From IMG/VR virus record IMGVR_UViG_2654587728_000014, positions 1-64,000 of that record: DNA of 64,000 nucleotides. One strand, 5' to 3'. Position numbers and translations under genes: made by a program. Each line of letters opens with the position of its first letter. The stretch's first letter is position 1. Under the pieces are notes generated by a model. It searched no databases, was not told the origin of the DNA, and saw nothing but the letters and a program-made list of their open reading frames with translations. Of this stretch, positions 19,259 to 28,416 are shown piece after piece. The stretch is from a virus. Its lineage: Duplodnaviria > Heunggongvirae > Uroviricota > Caudoviricetes.

Positions 19259-19447
19259 TTAGGCCGCCTGAGCTGTTGATTTCAGTCCCAACTTCACGGC
19301 GATTTCATGGGATTTACCGTAACGGGCTTTGGTCTGCCCGTTGAGAACGCGGTATACCTCATTGCGGTTGTAGCCGTTTTCTTCTGCCCAGCGGGTGAAA
19401 GTGATCCCGCGCTGGCGGAAGAGAGCTTTGACTTGTTCTGCAGTCAT
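19259..19447 (-). CDS. ner: Ner-like DNA-binding regulator
   Basis: 62 aa; pattern FRQRGITFTRWAEENGYN...GKSHEIAVKLGL parallels the Ner/Nlp family; divergent from repressor gene. Confidence 0.65.
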   Translation of the reverse strand: MTAEQVKALFRQRGITFTRWAEENGYNRNEVYRVLNGQTKARYGKSHEIAVKLGLKSTAQAA

Positions 19448-19499
19448 CGTTGTCTCCTTTGTTGATGCAATGATGTTTGCCTTATATGTGTTAGATTAT

Positions 19500-19547
19500 T
19501 GCTCATAATTATGAGCATATCAAGATAGAGATTCACTTTTATGAGCA
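19500..19547. promoter_or_regulatory. operator region: perfect palindrome TGCTCATAATTATGAGCA plus extra TTATGAGCA half-site over the repressor start codon
   Basis: seen directly in the ner/repressor divergent intergenic region. Confidence 0.5.
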
Positions 19548-19897
19548 AAGATATAGGAGAGCGCGTTATTTCTGTGAGGAAGAAAGCAGGGTTGAACCAG
19601 AGAGAATTTGCAGCTCGTTTAGGTATTTCTAATGGTGGTATCAGTCAGATTGAAAATGGAAAGGCGATGCCTGGAGGGGAGTTTCTGTTAAAGATGCATC
19701 AAGAGTTTAATGTTGATGTAAATTGGTTGCTCACTGGAATGAGCACAGATGGTATGACTAGAAACCAGAATCAAATTTCCCCAGAAAAACAAAAACTAAT
19801 AGATACTTTTGACGACATGACACCAGACCAACAACGCTCATTTCTTGAGATTGGGCGATTCTATACTCAGCCAAAACCAGGAAAAATCGCAGGCTGA
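19541..19897 (+). CDS. XRE-family HTH repressor (Mu c-like)
   Basis: 118 aa; HTH QREFAARLGISNGGISQIENGK; divergent from ner-transposase operon. Confidence 0.8.
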   Translation: MSKDIGERVISVRKKAGLNQREFAARLGISNGGISQIENGKAMPGGEFLLKMHQEFNVDVNWLLTGMSTDGMTRNQNQISPEKQKLIDTFDDMTPDQQRSFLEIGRFYTQPKPGKIAG

Positions 19898-19983
19898 TAC
19901 TGACCCGGACACAAAGGACAGGTGGTTGATCTGGATGCTTTCAGAAAACATCGCCAGTGACATAGTGGAAGTTGTTTGGTTTA

Positions 19984-20014
19984 CCGGAAAGCATTGTGCT
20001 TTCCGGTTTTGTTT
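19984..20014 (+). terminator. rho-independent terminator after repressor gene
   Basis: hairpin CCGGAAAGCA-TTGT-GCTTTCCGG followed by TTTTGTTT. Confidence 0.6.
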
Positions 20015-20778
20015 CAGAAGTTGCAGATTAGCAGTTCACGGCGCGGCGTGGGTTTACCCGCCAGACTGTAGTTGATATTCACTGTCTGTATGTTCAGTCC
20101 AGTGAACACCTCGCGCATCTGCGGGATGTCGTTCACCGAAATTATCATTTTTCCTCTGATGCACCGGGCCAGCTCTGCCAGCCGCGAGTAGTTCCCTTCA
20201 GGAAAATCCACACCATAGCCTTCCGTACCCAGGTACGGTGGGTCGCAGTAGAACAGCGTGTGCGGACGATCATAACGCTCAATGCACTGTTGCCAGTCCA
20301 TGTGTTCTATGACTGTTCTGGAAAGCCGCAGGTGTGCCGCTGACAGTTCTTCTTCAATACGTAGCAGGTTGAAGCGTGGCGGGGATGTGGTGGAGGTACC
20401 GAAGCTGTGCTCTGCCACCTTGCCGCCAAACGCCTGCTTCTGAAGGTAGTAGAACCGTGCCGCACGCTGGATATCCGTCAGTGTTTCTTCCGGGGTGATC
20501 TGCAGCCATTTGTAGATCTGACGGCTGACCAGCGCCCATTTGAACTGGCGGACAAATTCTTCCAGGTGATGCTTTACCACCCGGTACAGATTCACCAGTT
20601 CACCGTTGATATCATTGATGACTTCGATCTTGCCGGGTGTCTTAAGAAAATAGAGCGCTGCTGCCCCACAAAACGGCTCCACATAACATTCATGCGCCGG
20701 AAACAGCGGCAGAATGTGTTTTGCAAGGCGGCGTTTGCCACCAATCCACGGCACGATGGGTAATGTCTGCATTTTCAT
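20014..20778 (-). CDS. dam: DNA adenine methyltransferase (Dam-like, orphan)
   Basis: about 254 aa; IVPWIGGKRRLAKHILPLFP... and DPPY motif (FYCDPPYLGTEGYG). Confidence 0.85.
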   Translation of the reverse strand: MKMQTLPIVPWIGGKRRLAKHILPLFPAHECYVEPFCGAAALYFLKTPGKIEVINDINGELVNLYRVVKHHLEEFVRQFKWALVSRQIYKWLQITPEETLTDIQRAARFYYLQKQAFGGKVAEHSFGTSTTSPPRFNLLRIEEELSAAHLRLSRTVIEHMDWQQCIERYDRPHTLFYCDPPYLGTEGYGVDFPEGNYSRLAELARCIRGKMIISVNDIPQMREVFTGLNIQTVNINYSLAGKPTPRRELLICNF

Positions 20779-20968
20779 AATCTGCAAGCCTTTTACAATT
20801 ATTAAAAAATATGGCAGTCTGGTCAGGTCTCGCGAGACTGACTGAACCTTGGTCGGCTCACAGCGCATTCCTGTGGGGCGATGACCAGCCCGGCTTTCGG
20901 GTGCCGGGCTGGTCGTTCTTTCATGATGCGGCAGGGATGGCGGGATTTCTGTTAATGTGGTTTAGGGA

Positions 20969-21184
20969 TTATCCGGGGCGATTTTCTGACCTTATCCGGT
21001 CCAGGGCATAAGTAATACCTTCTGCAAAAACAGAAGTATCAAACTGCTTTTGTATTCCCTGAAAATGAAAAGCGGCACGACAGACACTCAGTTCTCCGCG
21101 GTATAACCGGATAATATCTTCCAGAACATTGTTCACTGCTTCAGCACGGCGCTGATGTTCTGTTAACGTTAATCGGGGATTCAT
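20969..21184 (-). CDS. hypothetical protein
   Basis: 71 aa with strong AAGGAG RBS 6 nt upstream of ATG. Confidence 0.45.
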   Translation of the reverse strand: MNPRLTLTEHQRRAEAVNNVLEDIIRLYRGELSVCRAAFHFQGIQKQFDTSVFAEGITYALDRIRSENRPG

Positions 21185-21587
21185 GATGCACTCCTTAAAT
21201 GATGATTTTTATGTACTCACCGGCAAAATATTCTGCCGATTACTGAACACGCATCCGGCACCTCAGGTTTTGATTTATTCTGGTTTTTTCGATATCCCGG
21301 ACCAGGTTGATCACGACCAGAAAAAGTGCCGGTGTTTTATTGATACGCTGATATGGCTTCGGGATAACAGCTATATTCGTTACTCTCAGTTGCTGGCTGT
21401 GGGAGCGGCTGATGTCGTCCTCACGGAAAAAACGCTCTGTCTGCTCAATGCCATGCCGACCTTTCTGCAGCCCCGGCCCGTACCATTTAAAGAGTCACTT
21501 CTGGATGCAGTAAAAACCGGTGAAAATGCAGTCATCGCTGAATGCGTATCCCGGATTATGCGTTACGTGTTTAATGAACGTAAGTGA
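21183..21587 (+). CDS. hypothetical protein
   Basis: 134 aa; start codon overlaps the divergent 71-aa ORF start; weak GGGGA RBS. Confidence 0.35.
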   Translation: MMHSLNDDFYVLTGKIFCRLLNTHPAPQVLIYSGFFDIPDQVDHDQKKCRCFIDTLIWLRDNSYIRYSQLLAVGAADVVLTEKTLCLLNAMPTFLQPRPVPFKESLLDAVKTGENAVIAECVSRIMRYVFNERK

Positions 21588-22291
21588 GGTTTATCCGCTG
21601 TCTGCATAATCCCGATAGCCAGTGCGAGGGGAAGTAATTCCGGGGAAACTCTTTCAAACAGCGATGCCCATTCTCCTCTCGCCATCACTCTGTCCAGCCC
21701 GCCCTCCAGTTGCATTTCAGCAATCTTCCTGATTTCCCGGAACAACGCCGCTTTGATCTCTTCATGCTCAGCTTTATTTTCCGGTGTCAGAAGGTATTCG
21801 TCGAAGAACCGGGGAGGCTGGTTAATCGGGATGTGTTCCTGTTTGCCGTACTTCGGGGACGAACAACATTCTGTTGACTGACCAGTGAGTTTACGTAACT
21901 CCTTCATGAGCAGCTCCTGATCGTAAACTGTCATCAGTGCCGCAATGGTGGCATGCAGTGCATCGGGCAGTATCCAGGGTTGCCGGCCCGTGGGGCATAT
22001 AACATCCAGCAGCTCATTCGTCCGACAGATACGCTCCTCGCCGTATGACAACAGGCCCTGTCCCGTGTATTCCTCCAGCCTGATCACTGTGCCAGCCCGT
22101 GGTTTCTGCCATGTGCTCAGATCATCCCCACTCATACGGCGCTCACCGTCCACGTCTGCGGCGTCGACAATGACGCTGTTTCCGAATTCCTGTTTCACCA
22201 CTTCCTCTATTCGCGCCAGTACGTAACTTTTACCGCTGCCCACAGGACCGGACACGGTGACAGTGATGACCGGATTCAGTGTCTGCGTCAT
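21563..22291 (-). CDS. P-loop NTPase of unknown function
   Basis: 242 aa; N-terminal Walker A VSGPVGSGKSYVL; no recognisable second domain. Confidence 0.55.
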   Translation of the reverse strand: MTQTLNPVITVTVSGPVGSGKSYVLARIEEVVKQEFGNSVIVDAADVDGERRMSGDDLSTWQKPRAGTVIRLEEYTGQGLLSYGEERICRTNELLDVICPTGRQPWILPDALHATIAALMTVYDQELLMKELRKLTGQSTECCSSPKYGKQEHIPINQPPRFFDEYLLTPENKAEHEEIKAALFREIRKIAEMQLEGGLDRVMARGEWASLFERVSPELLPLALAIGIMQTADKPHLRSLNT

Positions 22292-22421
22292 ATCGTATTC
22301 TCCTCTGTGAATAATTCATCGTTTATCCTGCACATCCCGTATCCCCGGCTCTCTTAACGCGCTTTAAAATCCTTCGCGCCCTGTATTTGTGATGCTGTCT
22401 CCACCAGATAAGGAGACACAC

Positions 22422-22772
22422 ATGAAAAAACTGAAAAAATTCATTCCCCCTGTTAAAAAACCTCGCCTCAGCGGCTGGCTGCTGACCTCAGTGCTGTTGC
22501 TGGGCACCATCGCTCTGGTCTCACCACAGCAGCTGCCTGTTGTGATCTACAAGCTGGCACTCATCACGCTGGCAGCAGTGCTGGGTTACTGGCTTGACCG
22601 TTCGCTCTTCCCCAAAGCCCGTCCCGGTCAGTACCTGAAACATGACGACAGGCTGATGGCTGAAGGGCGTTTCCCGGTACAGACCGGCCTTCACCTGGTG
22701 TTTTCTGCTGCGTTAATCCGCCGTGCACTGATTGTTGCAGCGGTCTGCCTGGCTGTTGCGATGGGGCTTTAA
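22422..22772 (+). CDS. membrane protein at head of lysis cassette (possible holin)
   Basis: 116 aa from MKKLKKF after AAGGAG RBS; two hydrophobic segments. Confidence 0.45.
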   Translation: MKKLKKFIPPVKKPRLSGWLLTSVLLLGTIALVSPQQLPVVIYKLALITLAAVLGYWLDRSLFPKARPGQYLKHDDRLMAEGRFPVQTGLHLVFSAALIRRALIVAAVCLAVAMGL

Positions 22773-22774
22773 TC

Positions 22775-23515
22775 ATGAACTGGCCGCAGATCACCTGGAT
22801 TGTATGCATGTCCCTGAAACTGGCTTTCGAAGCCTTTCGGGTCTTCATCAGAACCGAACGCCTGTCAGTCCGCGCCGGGACCTTTCTGGTTCATATGGCA
22901 TGGGTATTCTTTGTCGCAATGTTGCTCTGGTGTGGCGGCTTTTTCAGCCAGGCATGCGCAGCACAACCTCCGCAGGCTGCGCTGCAGTATCGCGATGATG
23001 TGATCCGTAATGCCCGGCTTGAATGGGGACTGTCTGCGCCGGTGGCCGATTTCGCCGCGCAACTGCATCAGGAAAGCGGCTGGCGACCTGATGCGATCTC
23101 GCCGGCTGGCGCTCAGGGACTGGCGCAGTTCATGCCTGCCACTGCCGACTGGATAAGCCAGTTGATACCGATGCTGAGCAGTCGTGAGCCGTTTAATCCG
23201 GCATGGGCTATCCGGGCGCTGGTCAGCTATGACCGCTGGCTGTGGCAGCGTGTCAGCGCCGCCAGTGACTGCGAGCGTATGGCCATGACACTGTCGGGCT
23301 ATAACGGTGGTCTGGGCTGGGTACAACGGGACAGGCGGCTTGCATCACAGAAAGGTCTGGACAGCACCCGCTGGTTCGGACATGTCGCCACGGTGAATGC
23401 CGGACGCAATGCGGCCAGCTGGCGGGAGAACCGCCATTATCCGCAGCGCATCCTGCGCGAACTGGCACCGCGATATCTCACATGGGGAGGCAGCAGTTGT
23501 GTGGCATCTGGTTAA
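22775..23515 (+). CDS. lytic transglycosylase endolysin with N-terminal signal-anchor
   Basis: 246 aa; SLT motif ESGWRP...GAQGLAQFMP; hydrophobic N-terminus. Confidence 0.8.
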   Translation: MNWPQITWIVCMSLKLAFEAFRVFIRTERLSVRAGTFLVHMAWVFFVAMLLWCGGFFSQACAAQPPQAALQYRDDVIRNARLEWGLSAPVADFAAQLHQESGWRPDAISPAGAQGLAQFMPATADWISQLIPMLSSREPFNPAWAIRALVSYDRWLWQRVSAASDCERMAMTLSGYNGGLGWVQRDRRLASQKGLDSTRWFGHVATVNAGRNAASWRENRHYPQRILRELAPRYLTWGGSSCVASG

Positions 23516-24149
23516 AAAGCTGCCGTGGCGCGGCATTCTGCTGGCCATTCTTATCAATGCCTTTCTGGTCGGCCTGTATGCCATGGGATACAGAAGTGGT
23601 CATGACTCTGCAAAGCGTGACGGTGATACCGCGCTAAGTCAGTTGCAGTCAGCATTTGACGCGTACAAAACGGAGCAGGCAACGCTTGAGAATGCTGCGC
23701 TGCGGGCCTGGGCCAGACGGTATCAGGAGCAGGTGGCCGCCGGGCAGCGGGCTGAAGCCGGTTATCTTGAGCAGATTGCTCAACTGGAGAGCCGGAACAA
23801 ACAACTACAGGGGCAAATTAACGATGTCACACAGCGCTGGATTGATGAAAAAGGTAAGAGTCATCCCATTGAGTGCGTGTTTACTCGCGGTTTCGTGCGC
23901 CAGTACAACGCCGCACTCGGATATGACAACGCATCCGTCGACACCGGTCATTCAGACTCAGTTGCCGCCACTGGCACCCGCTCTGGCACAGCGACCGGGC
24001 AACCTGAAACCACTGACACCCGGTTACGCGATTCGGGTGTCTCCCAGCGTGACGTTCTCGCCAACATCATCGACAACGCATGGCAATGTCGTCGCTGGCG
24101 GAACCAGATAAACGCGCTGCTGGATGAACGGGAAGGATTACAGAAATGA
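23499..24149 (+). CDS. i-spanin (Rz-like)
   Basis: GTG start after GGAGG; N-terminal TM helix then coiled coil; ORF track 23397..24149. Confidence 0.6.
   Translation: MWHLVKKLPWRGILLAILINAFLVGLYAMGYRSGHDSAKRDGDTALSQLQSAFDAYKTEQATLENAALRAWARRYQEQVAAGQRAEAGYLEQIAQLESRNKQLQGQINDVTQRWIDEKGKSHPIECVFTRGFVRQYNAALGYDNASVDTGHSDSVAATGTRSGTATGQPETTDTRLRDSGVSQRDVLANIIDNAWQCRRWRNQINALLDEREGLQK
23845..24111 (+). CDS. o-spanin (Rz1-like lipoprotein) embedded in +1 frame of Rz
   Basis: MKKVRVIPLSACLLAVSC lipobox-like signal then proline-rich tail; ORF track 23656..24111. Confidence 0.55.
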   Translation: MKKVRVIPLSACLLAVSCASTTPHSDMTTHPSTPVIQTQLPPLAPALAQRPGNLKPLTPGYAIRVSPSVTFSPTSSTTHGNVVAGGTR

Positions 24150-24472
24150 CACTGCAGGTTGAATTCTGGACGGTGGTGAGTTTTCTGCTCACCTTCATGG
24201 GGTTTGTGGGAGGGCTCGCCAAATGGTTGTTCAGTAAAACAGAAGAACGCCAGGCGGCACGATTCGCCTCCCTTGAACAGGCCCTGCAACAATCCGCCTC
24301 CAACTGGGGCGAGCTGGAAAAAGAATTTATGCGATTTAAAGCGGATTTACCGCTGAATTATGTCCGTCGAGAGGATTATATCCGTGGCCAGACAGTCATT
24401 GAGGCCAAACTGGACGCGCTTTATAACAAACTGGAAGTGGTACAGCAGTACCGCAATACCGGAGGTCAATAA
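24146..24472 (+). CDS. small membrane protein (Mu gp25-like position)
   Basis: 108 aa with one TM helix, ATGA-coupled after spanin. Confidence 0.5.
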   Translation: MTLQVEFWTVVSFLLTFMGFVGGLAKWLFSKTEERQAARFASLEQALQQSASNWGELEKEFMRFKADLPLNYVRREDYIRGQTVIEAKLDALYNKLEVVQQYRNTGGQ

Positions 24473-24783
24473 TGGTCGATATTACCCGGGTACGCCGCGA
24501 ATCCCTGCGCTGGAGTCTGCTGGTTGCCCTGAACAAGACCCGCCCTTACACCGCCAGCGAGACGCTGCTGCTGGATGTGTCCCGTGCCATCTACCCGGAC
24601 ACCACACCGCTGGAACTGCGCCGCGAACTGGATTATCTGGCTGACCGTAAAATGGTTGAGCTGGAGAAAAAACCTTCTGGCGACTGGTTTGCTGACCTGA
24701 CCCGCCTCGGCGTAGACCTGGTGGAATACACCGTGGAATGTGGTCCGGGTATTGCCCGCCCGGAAAAGTACTGGAGTGAATAA
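24472..24783 (+). CDS. hypothetical protein (Mu gp26-like position)
   Basis: 103 aa ORF coupled between lysis and packaging genes. Confidence 0.45.
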   Translation: MVDITRVRRESLRWSLLVALNKTRPYTASETLLLDVSRAIYPDTTPLELRRELDYLADRKMVELEKKPSGDWFADLTRLGVDLVEYTVECGPGIARPEKYWSE

Positions 24784-25328
24784 TGGCCAGACGCAGCACA
24801 ATAGAAAAGCTGCCGGAAGACGTGCGCCGCTGGCTTGAACGGGCGCTGACTGAATCCGGCTTCAGCGGGTATAACGAGCTGGAGTCACTGTTGCGTGAGC
24901 GGGGGTACGTCATCAGCAAATCCGCTATCCATCGCTATGGACAGAAGATTGAGCGCCGCTATGGTGCTATCCGTGCGGCAACAGAAGCGGCCCGCATGCT
25001 GACCGAAGGCGCAGCAGACGATCAGGATGCGCGTTCGGAGGCTGTGATAGCCCTTATTCAGACCGAGCTGTTCGAGAGTATTGTCCAGTTGCAGGAGGCG
25101 GAAGAAGGCGAAGTCGATCCTAAAGAACGCGTGGCCCTGCTGTCGAAGGTGGCGAAGAATGTGGCTACGCTGTCCCGCGCGTCCGTCAACCTCAAAAAGT
25201 TCCAGTCTGAAGTACGGGCCAGAGCGCAGCAGGCAGCCAGCAACGCCGAGAAAATTGCCCGTAAGGGGGGACTGTCAAGCGACGCAGTACAGGCGCTTCG
25301 TCGCGAGATTCTGGGGATTGCCACATGA
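24783..25328 (+). CDS. Mu gp27-like protein (putative small terminase subunit)
   Basis: 181 aa immediately upstream of large terminase. Confidence 0.65.
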   Translation: MARRSTIEKLPEDVRRWLERALTESGFSGYNELESLLRERGYVISKSAIHRYGQKIERRYGAIRAATEAARMLTEGAADDQDARSEAVIALIQTELFESIVQLQEAEEGEVDPKERVALLSKVAKNVATLSRASVNLKKFQSEVRARAQQAASNAEKIARKGGLSSDAVQALRREILGIAT

Positions 25329-26920
25329 CAAAATCATCCGGAGTGATTTTAAACGCCGCTGGCGGCGGCCCCGAAGGGATGAGTCCCATGGACGGGAGGA
25401 ATAACCTTGCTCCCGTTTTGCCTGATACCTCGGCGCTGGATGCCCCTCCCGTTCTGTTGCCTTACCAGCAGCGCTGGGTGGCAGACACCTCTCCGCTTAA
25501 GGTGATAGAAAAGAGCCGTCGTACCGGTATTACATGGGCTGAGGCATCCGATAACGTACTGACCGCCGCCTCTTCTGCGCCAGCAGGCGGGATGAATGTG
25601 TATTACATCGCTTATAACCAGGACATGACCGTCGAATACATTCAGGCGTGTGCGATGTGGGCACGGGCATTCAACTATGCGGCCAGTGAAATTGAAGAAG
25701 GATTCTGGGAAGAGGACGACGACGACAAACACATCAGGACTTACACCATCAAATTTCCTGACTCCGGCTTTCGTATTGTTGCGCTCTCCAGCCGCCCGTC
25801 TAACCTGCGTGGCCGTCAGGGTATTATTGTTATCGACGAAGCGGCGTTCCATGAGCAACTGGACGAACTGCTGAAAGCGGCGCTGGCGATGCTTATCTGG
25901 GGGGGAAAGGTACGCGTTATCTCCACCCATGACGGTGACGACAATCCGTTCAATACGCTTATCGGGGATATCCGTGCCGGACGTCAGGGAGGCAGCATAC
26001 ATCGCATCACTTTCCGGGAAGCCGTATCTGAGGGGCTGTTCCGGCGCGTCTGTCTGCGCACCGGGAAGGAATGGTCGGAGGCATCCGAGCAGGCCTGGAT
26101 GGCATCGGTGTACAAATTCTACGGTGCCGGCGCATCCGAAGAGCTTGACTGTATTCCGGCCAACGGTGGCGGTGCCTGGCTGTCCCGTGCCCTGATAGAG
26201 TCCCGCATGTCCGCTGATACGCCGGTATTGCGTCTGACCTGCAAGGAAGGTTATGAACTGCTGTCTGATGAGGTTCGCTTCCGCGAGACGCAGGACTGGC
26301 TTGATGAGTATCTGAAACCATTGCTGGAGGCACTCCCCACTGATGCCCGCTCTTTCCTGGGGCGCGACTTTGGCCGTAGCGGTGATTTGTCGGTGGACTA
26401 TCCCCTGCTGCAGGAGAAGAACCTGGTACGACGCGTGCCATTCGTACTGGAGCTGCGTAACGTGCCGTTCAGACAGCAGGAGCAAATCACCTGGTATCTG
26501 ATGGATGGCCTGCCCGGTCTGCTGGGTGCAGCGTTTGATGCCCGTGGTAATGGTGCCTATCTGGCTGAATACGCCATGCAGCGCTACGGCTCCGGCCGGG
26601 TTCAGCAGGTGATGCCAACCGAAGGCTGGTACCGGGAGCATATGCCTCCGGTCAAAGCTGCACTGGAAGACGGCAACCTGGTGGACTTACCAAAGGATGA
26701 AGACACACTGGATGACCTGCGGGCCGTTCAGGTGGTGAACGGTGTCCCCCGCGTACCGGAGCAACGCTCAAAAGCAAAGGCTGACGGTGGTAAACGCCAC
26801 GGGGATTCAGCCATCGCACTGGCGCTGGCGTATTTCGCCAGCCGTGAAATTAACAAAGGGCCGGTGAAGGCAAGCTCACGCCGTCGTCGTCAGGCGGCCC
26901 GTATGCTGGAGGGATTCTGA
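25325..26920 (+). CDS. terminase large subunit (Mu gp28-like)
   Basis: 531 aa; position and size; acidic nuclease-type motifs. Confidence 0.82.
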   Translation: MTKSSGVILNAAGGGPEGMSPMDGRNNLAPVLPDTSALDAPPVLLPYQQRWVADTSPLKVIEKSRRTGITWAEASDNVLTAASSAPAGGMNVYYIAYNQDMTVEYIQACAMWARAFNYAASEIEEGFWEEDDDDKHIRTYTIKFPDSGFRIVALSSRPSNLRGRQGIIVIDEAAFHEQLDELLKAALAMLIWGGKVRVISTHDGDDNPFNTLIGDIRAGRQGGSIHRITFREAVSEGLFRRVCLRTGKEWSEASEQAWMASVYKFYGAGASEELDCIPANGGGAWLSRALIESRMSADTPVLRLTCKEGYELLSDEVRFRETQDWLDEYLKPLLEALPTDARSFLGRDFGRSGDLSVDYPLLQEKNLVRRVPFVLELRNVPFRQQEQITWYLMDGLPGLLGAAFDARGNGAYLAEYAMQRYGSGRVQQVMPTEGWYREHMPPVKAALEDGNLVDLPKDEDTLDDLRAVQVVNGVPRVPEQRSKAKADGGKRHGDSAIALALAYFASREINKGPVKASSRRRRQAARMLEGF

Positions 26921-28416
26921 TGGCGAGGGGTATCTGGGTTTCACCCGATGAATTTGTTGCTTTTTCTGAGCCTCAGAAATCACTGACCGCGCAGATTGCC
27001 TCCCGCAGCCGCGCGATCGACTTTTACGGACTGGGCATGTATCTGCCCAATCCTGATCCCATTCTCAAGGCTCAGGGACGGGATATCCGTATCTACCGCG
27101 AACTGCGCACCGACCCGCTGGTCGGGGGCTGTATCCGCAGACGTAAAGCAGCGCTTAAATCGCTGGAGCGTGGACTGGAGCGTGGTCACGCCTCTGCCCG
27201 GGTCTTCCGTTTCATCCGCGACATGCTCGACGATCTGGATCTGTCCCGCATCATCGGTGAAATGAGCGATGCCGTGCTCTACGGGTATCAGCCCTGTGAA
27301 ATCATGTGGGGCCGTTCGGTCAGGTCGTGGGCGGTGACGGATATTGTCGGCAAACCGCCTGAGTGGTTTCAGTTTGATACGGACAACTGCCTGCGCTTCC
27401 GGGCGCGTGATGCGGGTGTGGAGGGTGAGCTGCTGTCACCGTCAAAATTCGTGGTGCCGGCACAGGATGCCTCGTATGACAATCCTTACGGTTTCCCGGA
27501 CCTGTCCATGTGCTTCTGGCCGGTCGCCTTCAAGAAAGGCGGGATGAAATTCTGGCTCCGCTTTGCCGAAAAGTTTGGCTCCCCGTGGGTGATCGGTAAG
27601 CACCCGAGGGGTGCAAATGATGCAGAGATTGAAAAACTGCTGGACTCCATGGAGCAGATGGTGGAGGACGCGGTGGCCGCCATCCCCGATGACAGCAGCA
27701 TCGAACTCAAAGCCGCGGATGGTAAGGCGGACAGCAGCGAGGTATTCCGCGAGCTGATCACACTGTCACGCAGTGAGATCTCCATTGCATTACTCGGTCA
27801 GAATCAGACCACGGAAGCGAACAGTAACAAGGCCTCTGCACAGGCCGGGCTGGAGGTAACGGCTGATATCCGCGATGCGGATGCGGACATCATTCAGGCG
27901 GCAGTGAATCAGGTCATCAGAACGGTGGTCACCCTGAACTTCGGCGATGTGCCGTGTCCGGTCTGGGCCATGTGGGAACAGGAGGCCATTGATGACACCC
28001 GTGCCACCCGCGACGAAAAACTCACCCGGGCGGGTCTGCGTCTGACCCCGCAGTACTTCAAGCGTGAGTACCAACTGCAGGACGGCGATATTGACGAGAC
28101 ACCACCGTCGGAACGACAGAATAACATGCTGCCGCTGTCATTTGCCGAGGCGATTGATGCTGATATTCAGGCTCAGCAGCAGCTTGACGACGCGCTGGAC
28201 ATTCTGATGAACGGAGGCGCGTTAAATGGCACGCTGGAACCCGTCCTGGCACCTCTGTTCAGGCGGGTCGAAAATGGGGTTAACCCGTCTGAGCTGCTGG
28301 GCGAACTGGCGGAGCTCTACCCTCAGATGAACACGGACGATCTGCAGGAGCGGCTGGCCCGCATTCTCTTTGTGACAAATATCCGGGGGCGTCTGCATGA
28401 GCGTGACAACGGCTGA
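26920..28416 (+). CDS. portal protein (Mu gp29-like)
   Basis: 498 aa following terminase. Confidence 0.82.
   Translation: MARGIWVSPDEFVAFSEPQKSLTAQIASRSRAIDFYGLGMYLPNPDPILKAQGRDIRIYRELRTDPLVGGCIRRRKAALKSLERGLERGHASARVFRFIRDMLDDLDLSRIIGEMSDAVLYGYQPCEIMWGRSVRSWAVTDIVGKPPEWFQFDTDNCLRFRARDAGVEGELLSPSKFVVPAQDASYDNPYGFPDLSMCFWPVAFKKGGMKFWLRFAEKFGSPWVIGKHPRGANDAEIEKLLDSMEQMVEDAVAAIPDDSSIELKAADGKADSSEVFRELITLSRSEISIALLGQNQTTEANSNKASAQAGLEVTADIRDADADIIQAAVNQVIRTVVTLNFGDVPCPVWAMWEQEAIDDTRATRDEKLTRAGLRLTPQYFKREYQLQDGDIDETPPSERQNNMLPLSFAEAIDADIQAQQQLDDALDILMNGGALNGTLEPVLAPLFRRVENGVNPSELLGELAELYPQMNTDDLQERLARILFVTNIRGRLHERDNG

Noticed and set aside
20014-20778. Dam methyltransferase as half of a restriction-modification system
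   Set aside because: No adjacent ORF has nuclease features; neighbours are a 71-aa protein and a P-loop NTPase, so an orphan methyltransferase is the better call.
25349-26641. Long minus-strand ORF (430 aa) and similar long antisense ORFs at 31036..31770, 12102..13103, 14811..15563, 56168..57490 and 17170..17754
   Set aside because: Each lies antisense to a gene with strong homology support (terminase, capsid, early genes, B, terminase P, transposase); compositionally odd with no RBS context; treated as GC-rich frame artefacts.
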